DNA of 64,000 nucleotides from Candidatus Methylomirabilis sp. (GCA_035624495.1 DASPRK010000231.1:185-64184), one strand, 5' to 3'; counted from the stretch's first letter, positions 26,452 through 36,242 are shown. The notes: generated by a model not told the origin, from the letters alone. Program-made: numbers and translations.

Positions 26452-27240
26452 ATAATGACCCTGCGCACCCGGAGCCGTCAGTGCCTCGTCCCAGGCCTGG
26501 CTGACGGGAAACAGACTGCGATAACTGCAGTAACAGCTGGTCGCCGCGAGAGGCAGGATCACGCTGCCGGCTACGAGCCAGAGAAGATTCCCGATCCAGA
26601 ACGAGAGGTATGAGGCGACGCCGCCCAGAAGGATCGGTGCCAGCAGCAAAAGCGGCAGTACTACCAGCAGACCGGCGGCGTAGTGGATGCCGGTCCTGAA
26701 GCTGCGCAGGAGCGCCGGGAACAACGGTTCATCGCGCAGGAACGCGAGCGGTAGCGCGTAGATCAAGGAGGCGGCCAGACCGAAATAAAGCACGATCACG
26801 ACCAGCGCCGCGGCGAGCGCGGCGAGCAGCGCACCGGGTTCGAGGTTGCTCCAGCGATTGACCCAGAGGTCGCCCGCCAGCAACTGCACGAGTATGTTGA
26901 TCATGAGCGAGCCGATCATGCAGTACAGGCCCGCGGCGATGGCCGGCATCAGGCCATTCGGGTCGCGGAATATCTTGAGAAATTCCCGGGGCGATTGCTC
27001 GACGGCGGCACGGCGCAGTTCCGCCGGCAATGCGATCTTCTGCCGGCTCACGGCGTCGATGCTGAGGGTGGCATTCGCGAGCAGCATCGGCGCCAGCAGG
27101 GCGATCAGCAGGTTGCCAGCCAACGGTATCAGCGTGAGCACGCTGACCGTCAAGGCGCAGAGAAACCCCATCGGCGCGAGCAGCCAAGGGTTGCGCCGGA
27201 ACAGGCGCCAGCCGCATCTTAGCCAGCGGAATCCCAGCAC
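26446..27240 (-). CDS. Hypothetical membrane protein (BPSS1780-like)
   Basis: GFRWL..GWRLFRRNP, LIPLAG.L, several TM helices; start uncertain. Confidence 0.75.
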   Translation of the reverse strand: MLGFRWLRCGWRLFRRNPWLLAPMGFLCALTVSVLTLIPLAGNLLIALLAPMLLANATLSIDAVSRQKIALPAELRRAAVEQSPREFLKIFRDPNGLMPAIAAGLYCMIGSLMINILVQLLAGDLWVNRWSNLEPGALLAALAAALVVIVLYFGLAASLIYALPLAFLRDEPLFPALLRSFRTGIHYAAGLLVVLPLLLLAPILLGGVASYLSFWIGNLLWLVAGSVILPLAATSCYCSYRSLFPVSQAWDEALTAPGAQGHYS

Positions 27241-27443
27241 CGTGTGTCTCTTGAATCGTTGCAGGCGGTCCTCCCAGAGTCGGCCGTCACTTTCCGCGTC
27301 GCGGTCGAGCCGGACAGCTCAGTTAAGCTTAGGCCCGACCCGGCGCGTTTCGGTCCTCGACATCGTGCGTATATCGCGCGCGCCGTACCGCCGGTCCCCG
27401 GCGCCGGCTGAGGCGAGCGCAAACCTTGGGGTCGCGGGGCCTC

Positions 27444-27746
27444 TCAGCGCTGGCAACGCAGTGAGTTCTCGAGGCGGGTAATCTGGTTGTTGTTGGCCTG
27501 CTGTTGCGCGTCGCAATTGACCGTCGAGTTCTTGTTGATGCACTCGCGGATCTGTTCAAGCAGCTGGTCGATCTCCCGGTTGCAGCGGGCATTCCGGGTA
27601 TGCGGGCGTCCGATCCCGAACTCTTCGGGCGTGAAGTCGCTGCGGTGCTCGGTAATAATCTCCGGTGGCGCCTCCGGCGGCGGTTTGTGACAGGCCGCCA
27701 GGCTGAGGGCCAGGAGCGTAATGGCGATCAACGGGCGCATGCGCAT
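27444..27746 (-). CDS. Hypothetical lipoprotein
   Basis: Lipobox LAAC; four further Cys. Confidence 0.75.
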   Translation of the reverse strand: MRMRPLIAITLLALSLAACHKPPPEAPPEIITEHRSDFTPEEFGIGRPHTRNARCNREIDQLLEQIRECINKNSTVNCDAQQQANNNQITRLENSLRCQR

Positions 27747-27911
27747 ATTCTTGAAGTCTAGCTCAGAGCGGCTAATCCACGTAAAAAAGCGTAATTTCGA
27801 GGTTTGCGTATACCCCAGCCTTACGGCGCCGCCGCGCCCGAGCCTGTGCTACGATTTTCTGGACCATCTGGATTCGGACGATCGGGTTCTTTTTTCACGG
27901 ATAACCAGCGC

Positions 27912-28211
27912 ATGTCATCCGACGACAAGAACAAAGATGAACGTCGCCAGCACCAGCGTCGTGTCATATCGCTCGAGGGCGAATTGCTCGAACCGTCGAT
28001 CGGGGTGGTGAAAATTTACACCATCGACCTGAGCGAGGGTGGTGCATTTGTGGCGCTGGCAGCCGATAAATGTCCGCCAGTTGGCACCACGATCACGCTA
28101 CGCCTGCCCGGGGTCCTGTGGGGCGAGCAGATGTCGACCGTCTCCGGACGCGTCGTTCGGGTTACCGATCAAGGAATGGCAGTGCAGTTTTTCGATTTCG
28201 ACGTCGGCTAG
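27912..28211 (+). CDS. Stand-alone PilZ-domain protein
   Basis: RRQHQR (RxxxR), DLSEGG (DxSxxG), RVVR...GMAVQF. Confidence 0.93.
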   Translation: MSSDDKNKDERRQHQRRVISLEGELLEPSIGVVKIYTIDLSEGGAFVALAADKCPPVGTTITLRLPGVLWGEQMSTVSGRVVRVTDQGMAVQFFDFDVG

Positions 28212-28260
28212 CGCGCCAGAATCGTATTTCCTCGGGGCGTAATATAAACAGAATGAAATG

Positions 28261-28284
28261 AATCTCCGCCGGCCGGCGGAGATT
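28261..28284. terminator. Palindromic hairpin between convergent genes
   Basis: AATCTCCGCCGGCCGGCGGAGATT perfect 24-bp palindrome, followed by TT on the + strand. Confidence 0.6.
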
Positions 28285-28295
28285 TTGCGTATTCT

Positions 28296-28610
28296 TTAAG
28301 ATGAGGAGGTTGTGGCGGGTTTACGGCCGCGCGGGCTCCAGATGGACTGTCCCGTCAGGCCGCGGGCATTGAGCTGATCGGCGCACTGCGCTGCATAGGC
28401 CAGCACGTCCTTGCGCGAGCCGCAGCGTTGTCCGGTGATGGTCGAGCGCCCGCTGTCGAGGACGTAACGATACCATTCGCGCCCATGACCGCCCTCGGGA
28501 GCGTCGGTTTTCTCGACGCGCACGACCTTGAACGGGCGCAGCTTGGCGTCGCCCCCGTCCTTGGCGGCAGTGGAATTCTTGATTTCGGTCGTCTGTTGGG
28601 CCATGGGCAA
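28296..28610 (-). CDS. Hypothetical protein
   Basis: 104 aa; VEKTDAPEG..W.RYVL...ITG.RCG pattern; RBS-like GGAG. Confidence 0.75.
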   Translation of the reverse strand: MPMAQQTTEIKNSTAAKDGGDAKLRPFKVVRVEKTDAPEGGHGREWYRYVLDSGRSTITGQRCGSRKDVLAYAAQCADQLNARGLTGQSIWSPRGRKPATTSSS

Positions 28611-28886
28611 ATCTCCGTCTGGATGGCGGACAAATTACGTTAACAGCAGGAAAACAGCCTTACACCGGCCGGCGGCACTGCGCGGGGGCAACCCGAAGAA
28701 ACATTGTACCACATTGATACCGTCGAGGGGACCCCGGCACGTTTCAAGGTGCGGCGGGGCCCGGTGTGCGGGCCGGCTACGGCAGCAGTTCTGCCCACGG
28801 GCTAGCCGCGGCGTCGTCGTCGAATTCCGGGTCGCACAGGAAAAGACGGTCGATCGTGACCCCGTTGATCTATATTTCTCATTTAG

Positions 28887-29465
28887 ATGCCGGATAACCC
28901 ATTCAAGGGCGCCATTCTTGCGTTGATCAGGGAATTTCCCCTCGGCCTCACCGAGTACGACCTGATTCAGCGCTTGCAGGAACGCGATGAGACTTTCGCC
29001 GTCGACGGCGAAAACGCGGATCTGGCGCTGTTCCGCAAACATTTCCTGGTGATGAACGCGCTGTATCAGCTGCAGTCCGAACTCTATGACGCCGGAATGT
29101 ATCTTTCGATTTCCCCGTTAGATATTCGGCTGGAGCCGGTGCAGGCGTCGGGACTGCCGTCACCGCCGGCGGAGAACTCCGCCGCGCTGCGCGACTATTA
29201 CTTGAGCTGGGATAATTTGCTGCAGACCGGCAGCGCCGATGTCGCGGCGATGTTGCGGCGTTTCCATGCGCGTTATCTGGCGCTCGACGAGCGCCAGAAG
29301 GCGATGCAGACGCTCGAGCTTCCGGCCGATGCGCGGTGGGAAACGATCAAGCAGACCTATCGACGGCTTGCGGCCCAGCACCACCCGGACAAGGGCGGCG
29401 ATCCGGCGCGCTTCCGGGCGATTCGCGCGGCGTATGAAATTCTTTTGCAGTGTTATTCAATGTGA
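28887..29465 (+). CDS. DNA-J-related protein with C-terminal J domain
   Basis: LFRKHFLVMNALYQL N-domain; IKQTYRRLA..HHPDKGGD. Confidence 0.9.
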   Translation: MPDNPFKGAILALIREFPLGLTEYDLIQRLQERDETFAVDGENADLALFRKHFLVMNALYQLQSELYDAGMYLSISPLDIRLEPVQASGLPSPPAENSAALRDYYLSWDNLLQTGSADVAAMLRRFHARYLALDERQKAMQTLELPADARWETIKQTYRRLAAQHHPDKGGDPARFRAIRAAYEILLQCYSM

Positions 29466-29560
29466 AAATAAATTCACGAGATCGTTCGGCGCTATAATTG
29501 ACTATTTTACTCAATTATTGCATCATGTCGTTTCATCGAAATCGAATCAGAGGAAGTTTC

Positions 29561-29854
29561 ATGGAAATTCCACAACGGGACGGCGACGGATATCTTCTCG
29601 ACCGCGATACGTGGACGCCGGAAATCGCCCGCGCCATGGCGCAGGCCGACGGTGTTGCGCTGGACGATGTGAAATGGTCGCACGTCCTCAAAGCGCGCGA
29701 ATTCTATGAGGAGTTCGGTGTCGTGCCGCCGATCCGGAAGTTCGCCAAGTACGTCGAGGTCGACCAGAAGGACATGTTCAGGCTCTGGATGACCGGCCCG
29801 ATGAAGCCGATCACCAAATACGGTGGATTACCGAAACCCACCGGTTGTGTCTGA
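29561..29854 (+). CDS. TusE/DsrC-family sulfur relay protein (only the C-terminal Cys)
   Basis: RDGDGYL...WT, PPIR, GGLPKPTGCV. Confidence 0.92.
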   Translation: MEIPQRDGDGYLLDRDTWTPEIARAMAQADGVALDDVKWSHVLKAREFYEEFGVVPPIRKFAKYVEVDQKDMFRLWMTGPMKPITKYGGLPKPTGCV

Positions 29855-29951
29855 CTCGCCGCGCTGATCCCGCTGAGAGCAGGACGATCATTTGATGAGG
29901 CCGGAGCGCGGCATGAGCTCCGGCCTCTTCATTTCGTAACACGGAGCGCCC

Positions 29952-30647
29952 ATGATTGACCTTTATTATTGGACCACGCCCAATGGTCACAAGATCACAA
30001 TTCTTCTCGAAGAGGCCGGATTTCTGTACACAATGAAACCGGTGAACATCTCGAAAGGCGAACAGTTCGCCGCGGTCTTCCTCAGGATATCGCCGAACAA
30101 TCGCATTCCGGCGATAGTCGATCAGCAGCCGTCGGATGGCGGGGCGCCGATCAGTATTTTCGAATCCGGGGCGATTCTGCAATACCTCGCCGAGAAGGCG
30201 GGCCAGTTCCTACCTTCCGATCTGCGTCGCCGTTTCGAGGTCATGCAATGGCTATTCTGGCAGGTGGGCGGCCAGGGTCCGATGCTCGGGCAGAACCACC
30301 ATTTTCTGCAGTATGCCCCGGAAAAAATCCCGTACGCGATCGAGCGTTACCGCAAGGAGGCCGAGCGGCTCTACAGCGTGCTCGACCGGCGGCTGGCGGA
30401 GCGAGAATTCATCGTGGATGACTATTCCATCGCCGACATCGCGGCTTATCCATGGACGGTGCCGCACGACAAACAGGGTATCCGGCTGGAGGATTTTCCC
30501 AACGTGAAACGCTGGTTCCATGCGGTGGGCGCGCGCCCCGCGGTAATTCGTGCGTACGAGATCGCCCGCGGGGTGAACAAGGCGAAAACCGTTACCGAAG
30601 AATCGAAATCCATTCTGTTCGGCCAGGGGCGGCAAGTGCCGCGCTGA
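29952..30647 (+). CDS. Glutathione S-transferase family (YfcG/Nu-class)
   Basis: TPNGHK, SPNNRIPAI, FESGAIL, WLFWQ, YSIADIA. Confidence 0.95.
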   Translation: MIDLYYWTTPNGHKITILLEEAGFLYTMKPVNISKGEQFAAVFLRISPNNRIPAIVDQQPSDGGAPISIFESGAILQYLAEKAGQFLPSDLRRRFEVMQWLFWQVGGQGPMLGQNHHFLQYAPEKIPYAIERYRKEAERLYSVLDRRLAEREFIVDDYSIADIAAYPWTVPHDKQGIRLEDFPNVKRWFHAVGARPAVIRAYEIARGVNKAKTVTEESKSILFGQGRQVPR

Positions 30648-30648
30648 C

Positions 30649-30684
30649 AAAAAAGCCGCGTGTCTTTACATGAAGGCACGCGGC
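30649..30684 (-). terminator. Rho-independent terminator after adk
   Basis: GCCGCGTGTCTT/AAGGCACGCGGC stem with an A6 tract on + (U6 on -). Confidence 0.75.
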
Positions 30685-30701
30685 CCAGATTATCCGACGC
30701 C

Positions 30702-31349
30702 CTACCTGCCGAGTTTCTTCTTGATTGCGTCGATGACCGCTTCGCTCGAAATGGCGCTGACCGTGAGCAGCAGGCCTTCCTTTTGGTAAAAGCCGATGAG
30801 CGGGGCGGTTTTCTTATTGTAGGTATCGAGCCGGTAGCTGATGGCCGCTTCAGTCTCGTCCTCGCGCTGCACCACCGGACTGCCGCACTTGTCGCAGATG
30901 CCTTCCTTTTTCGGCGGCATGCTCTTGACGTTGTAGATCGCCTGGCACTTGGGATTGGAGCAGGTGCGGCGGGTGGTCAGGCGGTCGAGGATTACATTGC
31001 GCGGCACGTCGATATTGACCGCCATGTCGAGCTTGATGCCGAGCTTGCCGAGCAGCACCTTCAGCGCCTCGGCTTGGGGAATGGTGCGCGGAAAACCGTC
31101 GAGCAGGAAACCCTTTTTGCAGTCGGGTTCCTGCAGGCGTTTTTCCATGATGCCCATGATGAGGTCATCCGGCACCAGGTCTCCGCGGTCCATGAACGCC
31201 TTGGCCTGTTTGCCGAGATCGGAGCCGGCCTGCACCGCTCCGCGCAGTATGTCGCCGGTGGAAATCTGCACCGAGCCGTCGAGTTTGGTGAGCAGCTTGG
31301 CAACCGTGCCCTTGCCGGCGCCTGGCGCGCCCAAAAGAATCAATTTCAT
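30702..31349 (-). CDS. adk: Adenylate kinase (Cys4 LID)
   Basis: GAPGAGKGT, ISTGDILR, LDGFPRT, LID with C-X4-C-X16-C-X2-C. Confidence 0.97.
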   Translation of the reverse strand: MKLILLGAPGAGKGTVAKLLTKLDGSVQISTGDILRGAVQAGSDLGKQAKAFMDRGDLVPDDLIMGIMEKRLQEPDCKKGFLLDGFPRTIPQAEALKVLLGKLGIKLDMAVNIDVPRNVILDRLTTRRTCSNPKCQAIYNVKSMPPKKEGICDKCGSPVVQREDETEAAISYRLDTYNKKTAPLIGFYQKEGLLLTVSAISSEAVIDAIKKKLGR

Positions 31350-31568
31350 GGATTTTCCCTTTTAGCGATAAGTCAAATGAAAGAACCGCGGCGTCCGACC
31401 CCTCAGCAGGCGCGACCCGAAATGAAAGTGGCGCATTTTGCCCGTCGTGGCCGGCAACATCAACCGGAAAAAAGCGGCTGACGCGGCTGGCTGGGTAATT
31501 CGATATAAAAGGAATGGTTCGACCCGTGACCAGCGGGGATGATCGGAGACCTGTACCAGGCGTATTTC

Positions 31569-32117
31569 ATGAGGAAAATTGGCAAAATCATCTACTCGTT
31601 GTGGCTGGGCGTGGCAGTGTTGGCCCCATTATGTTCCGCCGCCGAGGAGGTTGAAATGAATGTCGGTAGTCCGGCCCCGGATTTTTCATTGCCGGACCAG
31701 CAAGGACGGACGTGCAGCCTGTCGGCCTTTCGCGGCCAGTGGGTGGTGCTGTATTTCTATCCCAAGGACGATACCCCCGGGTGCACCACGGAGGCTTGCG
31801 GCTTTCGCGACGATTATCTCGCGGCCAGAAAGCTTGGCGTGGAGATCCTCGGGGTCAGCGTAAACAGCCCGGAAAGCCACGCGAAATTTTCCGATAAATA
31901 TGGTCTGCCGTTTCCACTGCTGGCGGATACCGACGGCAAGGTCGCCAGTCTATATGGCGCCCTGTGGTCGCTTGGGCCGATCCGATTCGCCCGCCGCCAG
32001 ACGTTCCTGATCGATCCACAGGGCCGGATCGCCAGGATTTACCGCAAGGTCGATCCCGGTAGTCACACCCGGGAGGTGATCGAAGCGATCCGGCTTCTGC
32101 AGCATGCAGCGAAATAA
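31569..32117 (+). CDS. bcp: Peroxiredoxin BCP/PrxQ
   Basis: YFYPKDDTPGCTTEAC; N-terminal signal-like stretch. Confidence 0.93.
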   Translation: MRKIGKIIYSLWLGVAVLAPLCSAAEEVEMNVGSPAPDFSLPDQQGRTCSLSAFRGQWVVLYFYPKDDTPGCTTEACGFRDDYLAARKLGVEILGVSVNSPESHAKFSDKYGLPFPLLADTDGKVASLYGALWSLGPIRFARRQTFLIDPQGRIARIYRKVDPGSHTREVIEAIRLLQHAAK

Positions 32118-32239
32118 GCGCGGAAATAATGAATTATTGATGTCGGTCAAGACGTGCGCCGATTTTCAGGTGCAGGTAAAATCGATATACATCAGTGGAC
32201 AGACCGTAATAGCCATATGACAACTCGGAGGTGACAGCC

Positions 32240-32608
32240 ATGGCCAGCTTGATTGAAACCATCGTTAAAGGCGGAAACGGCGTGGACCAGGATCCCAAGT
32301 TTCCGTATGCACCGGAAGGCTGGACGAGCAAGCTCGCCCTCAAGGCCGCGCAGGGTGAAGGCCTGAAAGTTCAGGAGGAGCATTGGGAGGCTATGCGCGC
32401 CCTGCAAGAGTATTTCGCCAAACACAAGGACCGCGCCATCAACGTGCGCGAGCTGCACGATGCGCTCGAAGAAAGATTTCACGCCAAGGGCGGCATCAAG
32501 CATCTTTATACGCTGTTCCCGGGTGGTCCGGTGGCGCAGGGTTGTCGGCTCGCGGGCCTCAAGGCCCCGGCCGGGGTCGTCGACAAGGGCTTCGGCAGCG
32601 TGGTCTAG
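32240..32608 (+). CDS. DsrC/TusE-like protein lacking the C-terminal Cys (RspA-type)
   Basis: LFPGGPVAQGCRLAGL..P.G..DKGFGSVV; RBS GGAGG. Confidence 0.88.
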   Translation: MASLIETIVKGGNGVDQDPKFPYAPEGWTSKLALKAAQGEGLKVQEEHWEAMRALQEYFAKHKDRAINVRELHDALEERFHAKGGIKHLYTLFPGGPVAQGCRLAGLKAPAGVVDKGFGSVV

Positions 32609-32615
32609 CCGCATC

Positions 32616-33806
32616 GTGGCCGTCCGGCGAGTGGGCAAGCGGCGGGCCCGAATCGCGGCCGTTCACTGGCAAGTCCGATTTCTGATTCTGGCCATCATCG
32701 TCGGCGTGGGGGGCGGTGCCCTCCCATCGGCGCGGGCGGACACGACACCGAAACAGAAACCGCACGGTGCAACCGTCACGGTCACGCCCGAAATGCGCGG
32801 CGCTGGCGTCGTTTCGAGTGGCGTGACGCTGCCGAGTCGGCCGCCGGTGACCGGCAGTCGCCAGGCGCCGGTGCCGTCTTGGGGCAAGCCGCTGTCGTAC
32901 CCGGTCGTCATTGCCGACCGGCGCAATAACCGCCTGCTCGAAGTCACGCCCGACAAGCATATCGTCTGGGAATTCCCTTCGCCCAATCTGAAGATTTATC
33001 GCGGTAACGAGGATGTCAATTTCTCGCACGATGGACGGCTGCTGGCGGTCAGCGAGGAGGATAATTTCGACATTCATCTGGTCGATTATGAAAAGCGCGA
33101 GATCGTCTGGACCTACGGCGTGCCGGACGTACGCGGCGGGAATCCGGGATATCTCAATTATCCGGACGACGCGCATATGCTGGTCGATGGCAAGGTGCTG
33201 ACGGCCGACCTGCGCAACTGCCGGGTCCTTATTATCGATCCGCAAAGCAATCAAGTAACGACCCAGTGGGGCCAGGTGAGCCAATGCCGGCACGATCCGC
33301 CGCACGCCTTTGGTCTTCCGAACGGCGCCACCCCGATGGAAAACGGCGACCTTCTGATCAGCGAGATCATCGACTCGTGGATTTCGCGCATCACGCGCGC
33401 GGGCAAGGTTGTCTGGAGCGTGCGCGCGCCGCACGTGCACTATCCGTCCGACGCATTTCCGACCGCCGATGGCAAACAGGTGATTGTGGCCGACTTCTCC
33501 AAGCCCGGGCGCATCGTGATCTTCGAACCCGCGAACCGGCGCGTAACCTGGGAATATTACGTGGCCGAAGGAGAGGGGATGCTCGACCATCCCTCGCTCG
33601 CGCGCGAGCTGCCCGACACCGGTGACATCATCGTCGCGGACGACTGGCGCGAGCGGGTGCTGGTTATCGATCGCAAAACCAGGAAGATCATCTGGCAGTA
33701 TGGGGTGACCGGTCAGAAGGGAAGTACACCCGGCTATCTCAATTACCCGGATGGATTCGACATTGACGTTTTCCGCGATTGGAAGAGCGCGCTCGCCATG
33801 CACTAG
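32616..33806 (+). CDS. Exported beta-propeller protein (NHL/arylsulfotransferase-like repeats)
   Basis: Repeated blades (IVWEF, IVWTYG, VTWEY, IIWQYG) and a duplicated PGYLNYPD; signal-like N-terminus; start uncertain. Confidence 0.75.
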   Translation: MAVRRVGKRRARIAAVHWQVRFLILAIIVGVGGGALPSARADTTPKQKPHGATVTVTPEMRGAGVVSSGVTLPSRPPVTGSRQAPVPSWGKPLSYPVVIADRRNNRLLEVTPDKHIVWEFPSPNLKIYRGNEDVNFSHDGRLLAVSEEDNFDIHLVDYEKREIVWTYGVPDVRGGNPGYLNYPDDAHMLVDGKVLTADLRNCRVLIIDPQSNQVTTQWGQVSQCRHDPPHAFGLPNGATPMENGDLLISEIIDSWISRITRAGKVVWSVRAPHVHYPSDAFPTADGKQVIVADFSKPGRIVIFEPANRRVTWEYYVAEGEGMLDHPSLARELPDTGDIIVADDWRERVLVIDRKTRKIIWQYGVTGQKGSTPGYLNYPDGFDIDVFRDWKSALAMH

Positions 33807-33818
33807 CCGAAGTTCGCC

Positions 33819-34910
33819 TCAAACACCGCCCAATTCCGTAACCAGGTTTTTCAGTTGTGCTTCCTGCCTCTCGATGTCGGAAACGAGCGCGAATTGCACC
33901 CGTGCACGGTACAAATTCTGTTCCGGCCAATCTGTTTTGAAATAATGATCGCCTTCCAGAAAATCCGTGAGAAAGCGTAAGCCGAGCTCGAAGGGTATCA
34001 GGCGGATCGCGCCGTACATATGGCGGTAATCCTCGGGCACGAGGAAGTGGCGGGTCTCGGCCACGTAGCTTTTCAGGATCGCGTTGCCGACGTCCAGATC
34101 GAAGCCGACCGCGTTGATATTCGCCGGCGATTCGCCCGCGCGGTTCGCGCAGGAACGCAGGCAGTCGCCGATATCATAGTGGATCAATCCAGGCTGAACC
34201 GTGTCGAGGTCGATCAGGCTGACGGCTCGTCCGCTGCCTGCGTCGAACAGGATATTATTGAGCTTGGTGTCGCCGTGGACGACGCGGATCGCAAGCCGCC
34301 CGTCGCGCCTGGCTGTTTCGAGGATGCGCGCGAGGCTCGAGCGCGCCTCCACGAACGCCAGGCAGTAAACCAATTCCCGGCTCGCGACCCGGATTCGTGG
34401 CCGCGCGGAGGCGCGCAGAAAGCGCGCGAAGTAGGCCGGGGCATTGTGAAACCCCGGCAGGGTTTCATGCAGTCCCGAGGGATCGAGATCGTGCACCAGC
34501 TCGTGAAACCGGCCGAGCGCGAAACCCACTTCTTCGGCCTGCGCCGTGTTCGCCAGGGTTTCGAAAGTTCGCGTATTTTCGATGAAACCGAGCGCGCGCC
34601 AGAAGCCGCCCTGCGAATCGACCAGGTAGTCCTTGCCGTCACGGGCGACCAGTATTTGGGGCAGGCGCAGATGTCGCGCGTCGGGCGCCGGTTCACGCCG
34701 TTGCACGTGCTCGACGAGCATGCGCAGGTTTTCCATGATGCATTCCGGCCGCGGAAACACATGGCGGTTGATGCGTTGCAGGATCGCACGCCGGCCCGAG
34801 GCGGTGGTCACCAAAAAGCTGTCATTGATCAGCCCGTGCCCGTGAGGTTGCACGCTGAGCACTTCGGCGCCCAGATCGAAGCGGACGGCGATGTCGTGTT
34901 CGAGGCTCAT
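33819..34910 (-). CDS. Aminoglycoside-phosphotransferase/choline-kinase-fold kinase (NahK-like)
   Basis: GHGLINDSF, HGDTKLNNILF, IDLDT, ELGLRFLTD. Confidence 0.92.
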   Translation of the reverse strand: MSLEHDIAVRFDLGAEVLSVQPHGHGLINDSFLVTTASGRRAILQRINRHVFPRPECIMENLRMLVEHVQRREPAPDARHLRLPQILVARDGKDYLVDSQGGFWRALGFIENTRTFETLANTAQAEEVGFALGRFHELVHDLDPSGLHETLPGFHNAPAYFARFLRASARPRIRVASRELVYCLAFVEARSSLARILETARRDGRLAIRVVHGDTKLNNILFDAGSGRAVSLIDLDTVQPGLIHYDIGDCLRSCANRAGESPANINAVGFDLDVGNAILKSYVAETRHFLVPEDYRHMYGAIRLIPFELGLRFLTDFLEGDHYFKTDWPEQNLYRARVQFALVSDIERQEAQLKNLVTELGGV

Positions 34911-34920
34911 GTCCGAGAGC

Positions 34921-35295
34921 TTAGACGATCTGGATGAGGTAGCCGCTCCACGGATGATCGGCGGTGCCGATCCGCTGCGCCAGTCCGCGTTCGTCGAAAC
35001 GGCCGTAGATCTGGGAGTCATCCCAAAGCTTGAGCGTTTTCATTTCCGTATTTACGCGAAATTTGCCGCCGCCGATTACAGTCAAGTCCGGCGCCTCGAT
35101 TTCCAGCAAATGTTCATTGTTCCAGCGATGCGGGAGACGTCGCTCCGCGAGAAAATGCGCCAGGATCTGGTTGTGGAAACGATGTAGTTCGCGCGGGGCG
35201 AAGACGAGGTACTCCCGGCCGCCCAGTGTGAATTGTATGAACTTGCCCTCGCCGTTGCCCGATGCGAGATAGGAGAGGATGATGGTCTTCGTCAT
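34921..35295 (-). CDS. Hypothetical protein
   Basis: GKFIQF..EYLVF..HNQIL..GGGKF..DDSQIYGRF; 10 bp before the kinase gene. Confidence 0.75.
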   Translation of the reverse strand: MTKTIILSYLASGNGEGKFIQFTLGGREYLVFAPRELHRFHNQILAHFLAERRLPHRWNNEHLLEIEAPDLTVIGGGKFRVNTEMKTLKLWDDSQIYGRFDERGLAQRIGTADHPWSGYLIQIV

Positions 35296-35350
35296 AATAG
35301 TACGGATATGAATGAGGATCTGTAAGTAAATATTAACACCGGAGTCGTTG

Positions 35351-35728
35351 ATGGGCCTGAATCTGGTCTGCTGGAAATGCGGCGCCTCACTCGCGGTCCT
35401 GCCTTTGCCGTTGTCGCGCCTGGCCGAATGTCCCAAATGCCGCGCCTACCTGCATGCCTGTCGCCTGTGCGAATTCTACGATCCGCGCTTGGCCGACAAA
35501 TGCAGCGAGGACCGGGCGGAAGAGGTACGCGATAAGGAGGGCGCGAATTTCTGCGATTGGTTCAAGCCGCGGCCAAACGCGCACTGTCCGCCGGACCATG
35601 TCAGGACTCGAGCGGCCAAGGCCAGGCTCGACGATTTGTTCGGCGGCGCCGCGGCCGACGATCGATCCAGTGCGGCGCGGGACAAGCTCGATGAAATTTT
35701 TTCCCCGGGTGGCAAGACAAAAAAATAA
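35351..35728 (+). CDS. Hypothetical Cys-rich (zinc-binding) protein
   Basis: CWKC..CPKC..HACRLCEFY..C..NFCDWF. Confidence 0.82.
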   Translation: MGLNLVCWKCGASLAVLPLPLSRLAECPKCRAYLHACRLCEFYDPRLADKCSEDRAEEVRDKEGANFCDWFKPRPNAHCPPDHVRTRAAKARLDDLFGGAAADDRSSAARDKLDEIFSPGGKTKK

Positions 35729-35729
35729 A

Positions 35730-36242
35730 ATGATGTATGCCATTCATGAATGCGATACCTGTCGCGCATTGAATCCAGATTTGAACGCGCGCATCGCGCG
35801 GCTTGGAGAACGGGAGATTCTGCATCGGAACCACTATCTCGGAGGACGCTACGAGAATCTCTAGGTGGCCCTGGACGCGCTGCCGGAGATGCGGGTGATC
35901 CTGGTCGCGGCTCAGCGGGTGGTCGCGCGTATGCTCGAGCGGGCGGAGGAATCGCTTCACGTCGGCTGGTGGCTCAACGTAATGCGACCGGAAGAAATCA
36001 CTTACGCGCACACGCATGACGCCGCCGATGAGTTGTTGTCGGGCGTTTATTACGTCGATGTGCCGTCGAACTCGGGGCGACTCATCATGCAGCGGGACAA
36101 ACGGCGCGAGGAGGTCGAACCGCGGGCGGGGACGTTCGTGTTCTTGGCCCCCGACGTATTGCATGAGGTTACGCGCAACGATTCCGGCCGCGTGCGTGTT
36201 TCCGTGGGACTCAATTTCGGGCCGGCCGATGCGCCTGCATGA
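35730..36242 (+). pseudogene. Putative 2OG-Fe(II) oxygenase (TIGR02466-like) with in-frame TAG
   Basis: 44 codons from ATG 35730, TAG at 35862-64, then the same frame continues with HTHD..LSGVYYV..HEV..RVSVGLN. Confidence 0.8.

Noticed and set aside
27241-27443. Possible frameshifted N-terminus of the BPSS1780-like gene (RKVTADSG in another frame)
   Set aside because: Similarity is too weak to call without an alignment.
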